Shown here: positions 31,299 to 40,873 of the stretch, piece after piece
Layout: every line of letters begins with the position of its first letter
Numbering within the stretch: position 1 is the first letter of the stretch
NCBI GenBank assembly: GCA_036676985.1
Contig: JAKFBU010000044.1
Span: 1-64,000 of the forward strand
Direction: 5' to 3'
DNA: 64,000 nt
Source: Candidatus Sericytochromatia bacterium
GTDB lineage: Bacteria > Cyanobacteriota > Sericytochromatia > S15B-MN24 > UBA4093
Made by a program: the position numbers and the translations under genes
Notes under the pieces: model-generated
What the model saw: the letters and a program-made list of their open reading frames with translations, nothing else
The model's database searches: none
Told to the model about the DNA's origin: nothing

Positions 31299-31973
31299 CT
31301 AGTCTGCGGTGGGATTTCCGCCGGGCCGGTAGCCCGCCAGGGAGTAGCTGACCAGCTCGGTCTCCGTGGCCTGGTCGCCGTGCACCGTGCGGGTCTTGAT
31401 GATCCCGACCTCCGGCTTGAACCAGACGACCATGGTGGAGGTGGGCTGCTCGCTGCCGGCCATGGCCGTGCGGTAGGCGATCTTGTAGCAGCCGTCGAAG
31501 GTGCCGGCCTTGACCGTGAGGGTCTCGATGGCCTCGAGGCGGGCGAAGACGCGGTACTCGGTGGCCGCCCCCGCCTCGTCCCGGTAGGCGCCCTTCTGGG
31601 CGGTCCAGGTGTCGTTGACCTTGGCCTGGGTCAGGTAGCAGACGAGCGGGCTCTTGCGGTCGTCGGAGCCCTCGAGCTCGGGCAGCCTGAGGGCGATGCC
31701 CTCGGGGGAGCGGACCATGATGAGGCGGTTGGTCCGCTGCTTGCCCTCATGGTCGAGCACCTGCTCCATGGTGGCGTAGGTGCGGTCCTCCTCGTTCCGG
31801 ATCCGCACGACCCGGGTGGTGCTCGTGTCCCCGTTGGAGAGGGCGTAGCGCAGGGTGTCGCCCACCTGGGGCTGGTAGGGAGTGGGCTGTGCGAAGGCCG
31901 GGATGGCCCAGAGGCCCACGGCCAGGCCCATGGCCAGCCCCATGCGGACGAGCTTGCTTCTCCAGTGGCCCAT
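31299..31973 (-). CDS. Secreted hypothetical protein
   Basis: Signal peptide ending AFA; LTVKAGTF and WFKPEVGIIK motifs. Confidence 0.75.
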   Translation of the reverse strand: MGHWRSKLVRMGLAMGLAVGLWAIPAFAQPTPYQPQVGDTLRYALSNGDTSTTRVVRIRNEEDRTYATMEQVLDHEGKQRTNRLIMVRSPEGIALRLPELEGSDDRKSPLVCYLTQAKVNDTWTAQKGAYRDEAGAATEYRVFARLEAIETLTVKAGTFDGCYKIAYRTAMAGSEQPTSTMVVWFKPEVGIIKTRTVHGDQATETELVSYSLAGYRPGGNPTAD

Positions 31974-32153
31974 GGCATGCCCTCCTCTTCGTTCGACCGT
32001 TCCAGCTTAGGGGTCGCTTGCCCGCTTTCCCTCGGCCAGAAGGGAGAGCGCGACTGGACATGGCAGCCAACGCCGCCGCTTGGCGATCCGTCGTCCCCAG
32101 TGTGCGGGGAGGCGGGTGCGGGGTATAGTCAGAAGTGACCGGAAAGGATCCCG

Positions 32154-33356
32154 ATGCCGCGCAACGATCAGCTTCGCCCGCTCTCTCTGGCCTGGGGACG
32201 CCCGGACGTCGGCTGGCTCCTGCTCCCGGTCCTGCTCTTGTGGGTGCTCGAGGCGACTCCCCTCAGCTCGGGCGCCTGGTTGGGGGCAGGGCTCATGGTC
32301 TGGGGGCTGGTAGGCGGTCGGGTCGCGCCGAGCGCCGGGACCGCCGAGGGGGCCCTGCACCGGGCCCGTCAGATCGTCGCGGGGCACGGTCGTTGCACGC
32401 TCGCCTACGGCGCCCTGTTGCCCGACAAGCGCCATTTCTTCAGCCCCTCGGGGGAGAGCGTGCTGGCCTACGTGCGCAAGGGGCGTGCAGCCGTCGTCTT
32501 CGGCGAGCCCATCGGGCCCGCCGAGGATCGCGCGGAGACCGTGCGGGCGTTCTTGCGCTACTGCGATGTGCGGGGGATTATCCCGACGTTCTACAACGTG
32601 GGGGAGGCGGGCCTGTCGTTGTACGAGGCCCTGGGCCTAAGGGTCATGCCCATCGGTGAGCGGGCCATGGTCGATCTGGCTGCGTTCTCGCTGGAGGGCC
32701 GGGCGAGCAAGCCGTTGCGCAAGGCCATGCACCGCATGGAGCGGGTGGGCTACCGGCTCGAGATCCACCGGCCGCCGCTTTCCGCCGAGCTCCTCGGGGA
32801 GCTCGCGGCGGTGAGCGCCGAGTGGCTGGGGAAGGTGTCGGGTGCCGAGCGGCGGTTCTCCATGGGGTGGTTCGACGAGGCCTACCTGCGCGACTGCACC
32901 GTGGCCGCGGCCTACGCCCCCGACGGCCGCATGACGGCGTTCGTGAACATGGCCCCCTCGTACCAGGGTCGGGACGTGGCCGCCGACCTCATGCGGCGTC
33001 GCGCGGAGGCGGAGCATGGTACCGTCGAGGCGCTGTACGTGACGTTGTTCGAGCACTCGCGGGCCGAGGGTCATCACGGGTTCGACATGGGGCTGTCGCT
33101 CGCGAGCCTGGACCTCGCGCGCTCGGGCTTGCCCCTGCCGGGATGGGCGTGGCGGGGGGCGCACGCCGCCTTGCGGCGGTGCTACAACGTGGAGGGGATC
33201 CACGAGTTCAAGAAGAAGTTCCACCCGCGCTGGGAGGCGCGGTACCTGGTGTTTCCGGGCCGCCGGTCGCTGTTCGAGGTCCTGTTCGGGCTCGTGCGGG
33301 CGGGGTCGGGCGATCGCCTCCTCGCGTACCTCAAGCGCCCTTCCGGCAGGTCGTGA
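32154..33356 (+). CDS. MprF-like aminoacyl-phosphatidylglycerol synthase domain (no flippase)
   Basis: GEPIG, FSMGWF, DLMRR, FKKKFHPRWEARY. Confidence 0.85.
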   Translation: MPRNDQLRPLSLAWGRPDVGWLLLPVLLLWVLEATPLSSGAWLGAGLMVWGLVGGRVAPSAGTAEGALHRARQIVAGHGRCTLAYGALLPDKRHFFSPSGESVLAYVRKGRAAVVFGEPIGPAEDRAETVRAFLRYCDVRGIIPTFYNVGEAGLSLYEALGLRVMPIGERAMVDLAAFSLEGRASKPLRKAMHRMERVGYRLEIHRPPLSAELLGELAAVSAEWLGKVSGAERRFSMGWFDEAYLRDCTVAAAYAPDGRMTAFVNMAPSYQGRDVAADLMRRRAEAEHGTVEALYVTLFEHSRAEGHHGFDMGLSLASLDLARSGLPLPGWAWRGAHAALRRCYNVEGIHEFKKKFHPRWEARYLVFPGRRSLFEVLFGLVRAGSGDRLLAYLKRPSGRS

Positions 33357-33405
33357 GGGTCGGAGGCTAAAGAGGACCGGGCCGGCGACTGCCGGCCCGG
33401 TTCGT

Positions 33406-34068
33406 TTACGAGACGATCGCGACCTCGCGCAGCCGCTCCAGGGTGCTCGGCGAGAGGCCGGGGACCCGGTGCAGGTCGTCCAGGGACCTGTAGGGCCGGT
33501 GCGCGATGATCTGCTCGGCGAGCGCGGGGCCGACGCCGCGCACCTTGCACAGGTCCTCGGCCTCGACCGTGTTGAGGTTCATCGCGAGCGGGATCTCCGT
33601 GATCTTGTCGTCGAAGACGTGGTGCTCCAGGAGGTCCTGGGCACGCGCCCGGCGGGCGGCCTGGATGATGCGGTCCTGCACGTCGAGGCGTCCCTCGCGC
33701 CAGCGCGCGAGCGCCAGCTCGAACGGCAGGCGGACCGGGAAGGTGGCGATCCCCCAGACCAGGTTCCACATGCTCTTGGGCGCCTCGTACTCGGGCAGGT
33801 TGACGACATCCGACAGCGGGGCCTTGAGCTGGATGACGTTGGAGTCCGCCTCGACGCCCGCGACCCACTCCGCGGGGACGATGAGGTCCCGCTGGAAGAG
33901 GAACCCGCGCCGCACGATCAGGTGCGTGACCTCGTCGCTCTGGGGCCGCACTCCGAGCATCTCGAGTTGCCCGACCGCTCCGTCCGGACAGATCACCTCG
34001 GCGCCCGGCATGTGGTCGAGCGCCGACAGCGGCGTCGTTTCCGGTTGAGCCTCCTGCTTGTTGGCCAT
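33406..34068 (-). CDS. PRC-barrel-like plus helix-hairpin-helix protein
   Basis: VTHLIVRRGFLF...VPAEWV; NLNT...GVGPALAEQII...RPYRSLDDL..VPGL. Confidence 0.75.
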   Translation of the reverse strand: MANKQEAQPETTPLSALDHMPGAEVICPDGAVGQLEMLGVRPQSDEVTHLIVRRGFLFQRDLIVPAEWVAGVEADSNVIQLKAPLSDVVNLPEYEAPKSMWNLVWGIATFPVRLPFELALARWREGRLDVQDRIIQAARRARAQDLLEHHVFDDKITEIPLAMNLNTVEAEDLCKVRGVGPALAEQIIAHRPYRSLDDLHRVPGLSPSTLERLREVAIVS

Positions 34069-34227
34069 AGCTTGCCTCCCAGTCATACACAATCGTCGCC
34101 ATGTTACAGAACGTATACCCCCGCTAGCAACTTGCGGGCGAGCGTTCCGGCAAAGGCCCGCCGGAAGCGCTTCCGGCGCGAGATTTGTTACAATTGAGTC
34201 TCTTCAGCGCACCAAAGGAGACCAACC

Positions 34228-35679
34228 TTGAAGATCCGCGTTCGTTTCGCTCCCAGCCCCACCGGCTACCTGCACGTCGGCGGCGCCCGGACCGCCCTGT
34301 TCAACTGGCTCTTGGCCCGTCACACGGGCGGCACCTTCGTGCTCCGCATCGAGGACACGGACCTCGCCCGCTCGACCGAGGCCTCGGTCCAGGCGATCCT
34401 CGACGGCATGCGCTGGCTCGGCCTCACCTGGGAAGAAGGACCGGACATCGGCGGGCCCTACGCGCCCTACTTCCAGATGCAGCGCCTCGACACCTACAAG
34501 CGCTACGTCGACCAGCTGCTCAACGAGGGGCATGCCTACCACTGCTTCTGCTCCAAGGAAGAGCTCGACGCCATGCGCGAGGAGGCCCAGAAGAAGGGTG
34601 AGGCCTTCAGCTACACGGGCCGCTGCCGCAACCTCCTGCCCGAGATCGCCCAGCGCCTGCGCGAGGAGGGCCGTCAGCCCGTCATCCGCTTCAAGACGCC
34701 CACCGAAGGTGAGACGGTGGTGGACGACCTGATCCACGGGGAGGTCACCTTCCAGAACGCCCTCCTGGACGACTTCGTGCTGGTGAAGGCGGACGGCGTG
34801 CCGACCTACAACTACGCGGTGGTCATCGACGACGCGACCATGGACATCACGCACGTCCTGCGCGGGGACGACCACCTGTCCAATACGCCCAAGCAGATCC
34901 TGATCTACCAGGCCCTCGGTCTGGCGACGCCCCGCTTCGGGCACATCCCCATGATCCTGGGGCAGGACCGGGCGCGCCTCTCCAAGCGCCACGGGGCGAC
35001 CTCGGTGATGGCCTACGAGGAGCAGGGCTACCTGCCCGAGGCCATGCTCAACTACCTGGCGAAGCTGGGCTGGGCCTGCGGCGACCAGGAGGAGTTCACG
35101 GTCGAGGAGCTGATCGAGAAGTTCTCGGTCGCGGGCATCAACAACACGGCGGCGGTCTTCGACCAGGCGAAGCTGGACTGGCTGAACGGCGTCTGGATGC
35201 GCCGGCTCGCGACGCCGGACCTGGCCGAGCGGCTGAAGCCGCGCTGGCAGGCGAAGGGCTGGCTCCAGGCCCGGCACACGGACGAGTGGCTGAACGGCCT
35301 GGTGGAGCTCCTCAAGGAGCGCGCGCGGACGCTCGTTGAGCTGGTGGACTACTCGACGTTCTTCTTCGACGTGCCCATCGACTACAAGCCGGAGGCGGTG
35401 GAGAAGTTCCTCGTGCCGGAGAACCGGGCGATCCTCGAGGCCCTGCGCGATCGCCTGCCCAAGGCGGAGCCCTGGGACCTGCCGACGGTCGAGGGGGTGT
35501 TCCGGAGCCTGGCCTCGGAGCTCGGCGTGAAGGCCGGGGCGGTCATCCAGCCGGCGCGCGTGGCGCTGACGGGCTCGACGGCGAGCCCGGGCATGTTCGA
35601 GACGGCGTACCTGATGGGGCCCGAGCTCGTGGGCAAGCGCCTCCAGGGGGCGCTGGACCTGATGGCGGCGCGGGTCTAA
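34228..35679 (+). CDS. gltX: Glutamate--tRNA ligase
   Basis: RFAPSPTGYLHVGG; LSKRHGA; TTG start with AGGAG RBS. Confidence 0.97.
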   Translation: MKIRVRFAPSPTGYLHVGGARTALFNWLLARHTGGTFVLRIEDTDLARSTEASVQAILDGMRWLGLTWEEGPDIGGPYAPYFQMQRLDTYKRYVDQLLNEGHAYHCFCSKEELDAMREEAQKKGEAFSYTGRCRNLLPEIAQRLREEGRQPVIRFKTPTEGETVVDDLIHGEVTFQNALLDDFVLVKADGVPTYNYAVVIDDATMDITHVLRGDDHLSNTPKQILIYQALGLATPRFGHIPMILGQDRARLSKRHGATSVMAYEEQGYLPEAMLNYLAKLGWACGDQEEFTVEELIEKFSVAGINNTAAVFDQAKLDWLNGVWMRRLATPDLAERLKPRWQAKGWLQARHTDEWLNGLVELLKERARTLVELVDYSTFFFDVPIDYKPEAVEKFLVPENRAILEALRDRLPKAEPWDLPTVEGVFRSLASELGVKAGAVIQPARVALTGSTASPGMFETAYLMGPELVGKRLQGALDLMAARV

Positions 35680-35812
35680 CCCCTTATGCCCCCCTTACCG
35701 AAGGTAGGGGGGGAAGGGGGGGTAAAGGGTCGGGGCTACGGGGATCCTGCTCTGAAGGGCCGACCAAGTTACCACCCCCCCAACCCCCCCTGCTTCGCAA
35801 GGGGGGCTTTTT
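35680..35812. repeat. C/G-run palindromic element between convergent genes
   Basis: Two C-run/G-run hairpins; the second ends in a T-tract. Confidence 0.5.
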
Positions 35813-36243
35813 TAGGACTCGAGGGCCTGCTTGATGAGGCGGCTCGCGGCGAGCTTGGACAGGCTGTCGACGGGCCCCGGCAGCATCTCCGGACGCTTCT
35901 TGGTGAGCTTGGCGAGGTATCGCTTCTGGGCATCGGTGGCGGGCTCGCGGTCCTGCCGCCGCTCCTTGGCCACCACGCGCAGCTCCTTGGCCTTGACCTT
36001 CTGCGCGGCCTCGCGCTGCAGCATGGAGAGCGCCCGCGGCACCTCGCGGCGCCAGGCCTGGCCCAGCACGTAGTCCTCGAGCCAGGTCCCCTCCGCGAGC
36101 ACCTCCTGCTCGTCGTGCCAGATCTCCGTCAGGCTCTCGACCGAGAGATCGGGGTAGTCCCGCAGGTACTCCTTGAGCTGCAGCTTGAGGCGCTTGCCCT
36201 CGTTGGAGCCGAGCGACGGGAACAACGATCCGGATCCGAGCAT
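35812..36243 (-). CDS. Hypothetical protein with DUF3072-like C-terminal motif
   Basis: GGAGG RBS; ATDAQKRYL...LSKLAASRLI. Confidence 0.75.
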   Translation of the reverse strand: MLGSGSLFPSLGSNEGKRLKLQLKEYLRDYPDLSVESLTEIWHDEQEVLAEGTWLEDYVLGQAWRREVPRALSMLQREAAQKVKAKELRVVAKERRQDREPATDAQKRYLAKLTKKRPEMLPGPVDSLSKLAASRLIKQALES

Positions 36244-36254
36244 AGGCACCTCCT

Positions 36255-36298
36255 CGAATATATGTTCTTATCCTAGCCCGGAGGCGGCTCCGTGTAAA
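36255..36298 (-). promoter_or_regulatory. Sigma70 promoter with Gram-positive-type LexA box
   Basis: TTTACA-17-TAGGAT followed by AGAACATATATTCG. Confidence 0.6.
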
Positions 36299-36326
36299 GA
36301 GGGCTGAAATTACCGTGGCTCGTCAC

Positions 36327-36355
36327 TTGTGGCTCTGGGACCCCGGAGATAGATT
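36327..36355 (+). promoter_or_regulatory. Sigma70-like promoter of the candidate sRNA
   Basis: TTGTGG-17-TAGATT. Confidence 0.55.
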
Positions 36356-36359
36356 TAAT

Positions 36360-36490
36360 GGCGAGGTCTTTCCAAGCTGAACAAGGATGGTAAAGACCTC
36401 CGCCAAAAAAGCGACTCTTTCCAAGCTGAACAAGGATGGTAAAGAGTCAGCCCCCGATAGCCCGCAAGAGCTATCGGGGGCCATTTCTGT
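36360..36490 (+). ncRNA. Candidate twin-hairpin small RNA
   Basis: Identical 30-mers at 36367 and 36416 closed by different complementary stems; terminator-like hairpin 36450-36481. Confidence 0.6.
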
Positions 36491-36497
36491 TGCGGGT

Positions 36498-37286
36498 CTA
36501 CGGCTTCATGAGCCGGTGCGCGACCACCGCCGCCAGGGCCCGCGGCATGAAGCGGATGGAGAAGACGGACAGCTGGTTCAAGAAGCCCGGCAGCACGCTG
36601 GACTTGCCGGCGAGCATGGCCTCGATGCCGGCCCGGGCGACGTCGGGGCTCTGCATCATCACCATGCGCTGGTAGGCCGTCGGCTGCTGGCCCGCCACCT
36701 GCAGGAACTCGGTGGCCGTCACGCCCGGTGAGAGCACCGTGACGGTCACGCCCTTGGGCTTGAGCTCCTCGTGCAGGGCCTCGCCGAAGCTGAGGACGAA
36801 GCTCTTGGCGGCGGCGTAGGACGCGTAGGTGGGAGCTGCCTGGTAGGCGCCCACGGAGCTGACCTGCAGGATCCAGCCCGTGCCGCGCGCCGCCATGTCC
36901 CTGGCGAAGAGCTTGGTCAGGTGGACCAAGGTGAGGATGTCGAGCTGCAGCATGTTGCGCTCGCGCTCCCACTCCAAGTCCACGAAGTCGCCGTGCAGGC
37001 CGTAGCCCGCGTTGTTGACGAGCACGTCGACGGGGTGGCCCAGCTCGCGGACCCGATCGTAAAGGGCCTGGGGTGCGTCCTCGGTGCCGAGGTCCATGGC
37101 GATCGCCGTCGCCTCCACCCCATACGTCGCCCGCAGCTCCGCGGCGAGCTGCTCGAGCAGGTCCGCCCGGCGCGCCACGAGCACCACGTGGCAGCCCTTG
37201 GCGGCGAGGATCTTGGCGAAGTCCACCCCGAGGCCGCTCGAGGCTCCGGTGACGAGGGCGCGCTTGCCTTGTAACGGGCTGGCCAT
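36498..37286 (-). CDS. SDR family oxidoreductase
   Basis: TGASSGLG, NNAG, YAAAK. Confidence 0.93.
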   Translation of the reverse strand: MASPLQGKRALVTGASSGLGVDFAKILAAKGCHVVLVARRADLLEQLAAELRATYGVEATAIAMDLGTEDAPQALYDRVRELGHPVDVLVNNAGYGLHGDFVDLEWERERNMLQLDILTLVHLTKLFARDMAARGTGWILQVSSVGAYQAAPTYASYAAAKSFVLSFGEALHEELKPKGVTVTVLSPGVTATEFLQVAGQQPTAYQRMVMMQSPDVARAGIEAMLAGKSSVLPGFLNQLSVFSIRFMPRALAAVVAHRLMKP

Positions 37287-37288
37287 GG

Positions 37289-38077
37289 CTACTCCTTTCG
37301 GGGGGCGTACAGCTCGGCTTGCAGGACCAGGTTCACGGCGTCGACGGTCTCGGCGATCGCCTCGTGCTGCGGCTTGCTCCAGAACCGCAGCTCCACCTTG
37401 GCGGCGTCCGCGGCGGCCTCCACGACGCGCGCGTCGGGCCCGGGCTCGCCGAGCACCCCCGGCACCCGGGCGACGGTGGCCTCCAGCTCGCGCAGGCGCT
37501 GAGCGAGGTCCGGAGCGGGCGGCACCTTGAGGGTGAGGACGCTCTGGCGGCGGCCATAGCGCGTCTCGTTGACCAGCGGATTGGTGAAGATCTGCGCGTT
37601 GGGGATGATGACCTCCTGCCCGTCGTAGGTCTCGATGGTGGTCGCGCGGGTCGAGATGGTCCGCACCCGGCCGTAGAAGGCTCCAGAGCGGATCTGGTCG
37701 CCGGTGTCGAAGGGGCGGCTGAAGAGGAGCAGGAGCCCCGCCACGTAGTTCTCCAGCACGTCCTTGAGGGCGAAGCCGATGACGAAGCCCGTGACGCCCA
37801 TGCCGGCGAGCAGGCTGCCGATGCCCACGCCCATGACCGCCGTGGCGACGACGGCCCCCACCACCAGCACGGCGCCGAAGGCGAGCTGGCCGAGTGCGCT
37901 GCCGAGGTCCGTGCCCTTGACCGTGCGGTTCACGCCCGTGCGCACCCAGTCCCGGGTACGGCCCGCGAGGAACAGGGCGATGCCGAAGACCAGGAGGCCC
38001 ACGACCAGCTGGGGCAAAAAGGCGATGAGCCGTTCGCCCATCTGCTCGAGGTTGCGGAGGGCGGGCGAGAGGTCCAT
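37289..38077 (-). CDS. MscS family mechanosensitive channel
   Basis: GFALKDVLENYVAG...RPF.TGD; IIPN. Confidence 0.9.
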   Translation of the reverse strand: MDLSPALRNLEQMGERLIAFLPQLVVGLLVFGIALFLAGRTRDWVRTGVNRTVKGTDLGSALGQLAFGAVLVVGAVVATAVMGVGIGSLLAGMGVTGFVIGFALKDVLENYVAGLLLLFSRPFDTGDQIRSGAFYGRVRTISTRATTIETYDGQEVIIPNAQIFTNPLVNETRYGRRQSVLTLKVPPAPDLAQRLRELEATVARVPGVLGEPGPDARVVEAAADAAKVELRFWSKPQHEAIAETVDAVNLVLQAELYAPRKE

Positions 38078-38216
38078 GGGGCGGGCTCCTGGTGGACGGT
38101 CGGGCGCTACATCACCATTCTACCGGATGAACGGCTGCAAAATTATTCGGGAGCCTTTTACGGAGCCCCCTTTGCGGTATAGAGAAGTTGGCATACCGTT
38201 CGATCCCCGAGGTGCC

Positions 38217-39908
38217 ATGACGCCGATTACGCCCCTGGTCCCGCTTCCTGCTCAGCCCATGCTGCTCGGGCGCATGGGGTACGACGCCATGGTCGAGGGG
38301 GAGGGCCCGCGCGAGCTCCTGCGCGAGGAGGAGCCCTTCTGGGCCCGGCTATCCGGCCTCATGTACGACGGCTATCGGACCGACGTGCATTCCGGCCGCT
38401 TCTTCTCGGTCTTCGGGCGACTCGAGGTTCCGAAAGTCTACGTCCCGACCCCCGACCATGCGCTCGAGGTCAGCGCGCCCGTGGCCCGTGCCCCGGAGAG
38501 CAACGTTTTCGAGCTGCCGCGCGGCGTCGAGGTATCGATTCTGCGCTCGAGCGGCGAGCTGGAGGGTGGCTGGATCCTCAAGGGCCGCACGGCGTCCTCG
38601 CAGGTCCTCCTCACCAAGACCACCGACCTCGGCGCCTTGAGCAAGCTCGTCGGCATCGAGGACCTCCTGCGCCAGAACATGTACCTCATCGGCGAGGGGT
38701 TGCAGATCAAGGTGCCGCGCTCCAGCGGGGCGCTGGACGAGGGCTGGGTGACCCGCGGCCTCATGAACGGCCGCCTCATGGTCGAGAAGCCCGGCGTGGG
38801 CCGCAAGCAGGTCACCCCGGAGCAGTTCTTCCCCTTCAACCGAGACCTCTGGGGCGGCGAGCGGGAGGCCGTCGAGAGCACGGTCACGCCCAAGCCCCTG
38901 AGCATCGCGCCCGGCACCGCCATCCGGCTCCAGAAGGCCAACGGCGACTGGCAGGAAGGCTGGACGGTCGTCTCCCAGGCGGATGACGGCACGCTCACCA
39001 TCGAGCGCGAGTCCGAGGCCGGGCTGTTGAAGATGAAGCGCCCCCTGGACGAGATCCTGGAGCAGAACCCTTTGCTCTTCCCGGTGGGGATGCCCGTGCG
39101 CGTACCGCGCTCGAACGGCAGCCTGGAGGACGGCTGGTTCATCCAGGACGTGACGCCCACCCACGTGGTGGTCGAGAAGCCGGGCGTCGGCGTCAAGGAC
39201 ATGGAAGGCGCGGAGATCTTCCCGCACAACCGCGATCGCCTGCTCGGCGAGGGCGAGGGTCCGACCGTCGCCCCGAGCGAGGAGGCCATCGCCCAGCGAT
39301 GGGCCTTCGCGCGCGACAACCGCCTCGAGGGCTGGCTGTGGGACGGCTTTGCCGACGGCGGTCGGGGCGTCAACCTGGACTCCATCGGTTGGCCCATCGA
39401 TCCGCAGCGCGAGATCCTCGTGGTCGACCGGCTCAGCGACGCGGCTCTGCGCAAGCACCTGGCCTATGCCCGGGAGCTCGTGGATCAGGCCCCCTTCGCC
39501 CGCGCCACCGAGCTCGTGCGCTACGTCTACGACCAGATGGGCGGTCCGGTCCAGCGCATCGAGAGCCGGGTAGCGCTCGCCTGCGCCTCCCTGTGCGGTC
39601 AGCGAGTGCTCATCGGGGACGTGCGGCGGATCCTGGGCGGCGGCGTGGCCCGCCACCGGGCCCTCCTGTTCCAGGTGCTCGCCGAGGAGGCGGGCCTCCG
39701 ACCGGTGCTGGTGCGGGGCTTCGCGGGCGTCACCTGTCCGAGCGCCCATGCCTGGAACGAGCTCGTGCTCGGCGAGGGCCAGCATGCCCTGGTCGACCTC
39801 TCCCGCACGCCCGAGCATGCCTTCGCCTCTCTGGCCGACCCGTGGACGGGCCGGTTCTATCACGGCGGCACGCCGGGCGATCGCCAGCCCGCCGAGGAGC
39901 GCGCATGA
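38217..39908 (+). CDS. Repeat protein with C-terminal EDR1/CTR1/ARMC3-like peptidase-fold domain
   Basis: Four repeats of the type RSxGxLExGW; DGF..G, EILVVDR, QMGG, GVARHRALLFQVLA, HAWN. Confidence 0.75.
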   Translation: MTPITPLVPLPAQPMLLGRMGYDAMVEGEGPRELLREEEPFWARLSGLMYDGYRTDVHSGRFFSVFGRLEVPKVYVPTPDHALEVSAPVARAPESNVFELPRGVEVSILRSSGELEGGWILKGRTASSQVLLTKTTDLGALSKLVGIEDLLRQNMYLIGEGLQIKVPRSSGALDEGWVTRGLMNGRLMVEKPGVGRKQVTPEQFFPFNRDLWGGEREAVESTVTPKPLSIAPGTAIRLQKANGDWQEGWTVVSQADDGTLTIERESEAGLLKMKRPLDEILEQNPLLFPVGMPVRVPRSNGSLEDGWFIQDVTPTHVVVEKPGVGVKDMEGAEIFPHNRDRLLGEGEGPTVAPSEEAIAQRWAFARDNRLEGWLWDGFADGGRGVNLDSIGWPIDPQREILVVDRLSDAALRKHLAYARELVDQAPFARATELVRYVYDQMGGPVQRIESRVALACASLCGQRVLIGDVRRILGGGVARHRALLFQVLAEEAGLRPVLVRGFAGVTCPSAHAWNELVLGEGQHALVDLSRTPEHAFASLADPWTGRFYHGGTPGDRQPAEERA

Positions 39909-40873
39909 ACGGCCAGACCACGACGCAGCGCCTGAGCATCGGCGATCGCCTGGACGGCTACGCCATCACGAGCACCGTCGGGGAGGGCGGCTTCTCCAAG
40001 GTCTACCGGGTGGAGGGCCCCTTCGGCGAGCAGGCCATCCTCAAGCTCGCCAAGAGCGTGAGCCCCAACCCGTACGGCGGCGGCACGGTCGCTTTGTGCT
40101 TCGCTCAGCCCATCGCCTTCCACACGGGCGGCATCGGGCCTGCCAAGCTCACGCCTAGCCAGGTGGTCGAGCGTGAGGGCCTCATGCTGCAGGGGCTCAA
40201 CGATCCCCTCTTTCCGAAAGTCCTGGCGACCGGCCGGATGGCCGAGCGGGCCTACATCGTCTACGAGGAGATCGAGGGCGAGACGCTGCGCGCCCGGTTC
40301 AACCGCCGCGAGCCCATCCCCCTCAGCCTCTTCCTGGCCATCGGCGAGGCGCTCGCCCTGCGCCAGCGGGACGGCCGCCTGCCCTTCCATGGCGACCTGA
40401 AGCCCGACAACCTCATGGTGGACGGCTTCGGGGGCTTCCGACTCCTGGATCCCTCGTGCTCGGCGGCCGAGGGCAAGCCCCTGGGGTCGCGATCGCTCGT
40501 CACCACGCCGTCCTACTATCCCTTCCTCATGCCCGACGACCGTCCTGCATTGGCCCTGATGATCGTCGAGTCCATGACGGGCGTGACGCTCGTGTGCGAG
40601 GATCCGCCCTACCCCGCCCAGCGCACGTCGCCGGGCTTCCAGCAGTGGCTCGACACCCTCTCGGTGGCCGGCCGCGGGCGTTACGTGCAGGCCTTGCGGC
40701 ACATGCCGCGCCTGGACGAGCTCAGCTTGCTCATCTCCTCGGAGCTCGCGCGCGTGCTGCTCAAGGCCCTGTACTTGCGGCGGGACCGCAGCGGCATGCT
40801 GGACGTGGATGCCGGGTATCCCTCGTGGACCGAGTTCCTGGCGGAGCTGCGCCAGGCGATCGAGGCCAGCTAG
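39905..40873 (+). CDS. Ser/Thr protein kinase (atypical)
   Basis: GEGGFSKVY, AILK, HGDLKPDN; DPS in place of DFG; ATGA overlap with upstream gene. Confidence 0.85.
   Translation: MNGQTTTQRLSIGDRLDGYAITSTVGEGGFSKVYRVEGPFGEQAILKLAKSVSPNPYGGGTVALCFAQPIAFHTGGIGPAKLTPSQVVEREGLMLQGLNDPLFPKVLATGRMAERAYIVYEEIEGETLRARFNRREPIPLSLFLAIGEALALRQRDGRLPFHGDLKPDNLMVDGFGGFRLLDPSCSAAEGKPLGSRSLVTTPSYYPFLMPDDRPALALMIVESMTGVTLVCEDPPYPAQRTSPGFQQWLDTLSVAGRGRYVQALRHMPRLDELSLLISSELARVLLKALYLRRDRSGMLDVDAGYPSWTEFLAELRQAIEAS

Noticed and set aside
36367-36445. 30-bp direct repeat as a CRISPR mini-array or type III antitoxin array
   Set aside because: Only two copies; the 19-nt spacer is part of the stems; no cas or downstream toxin gene.
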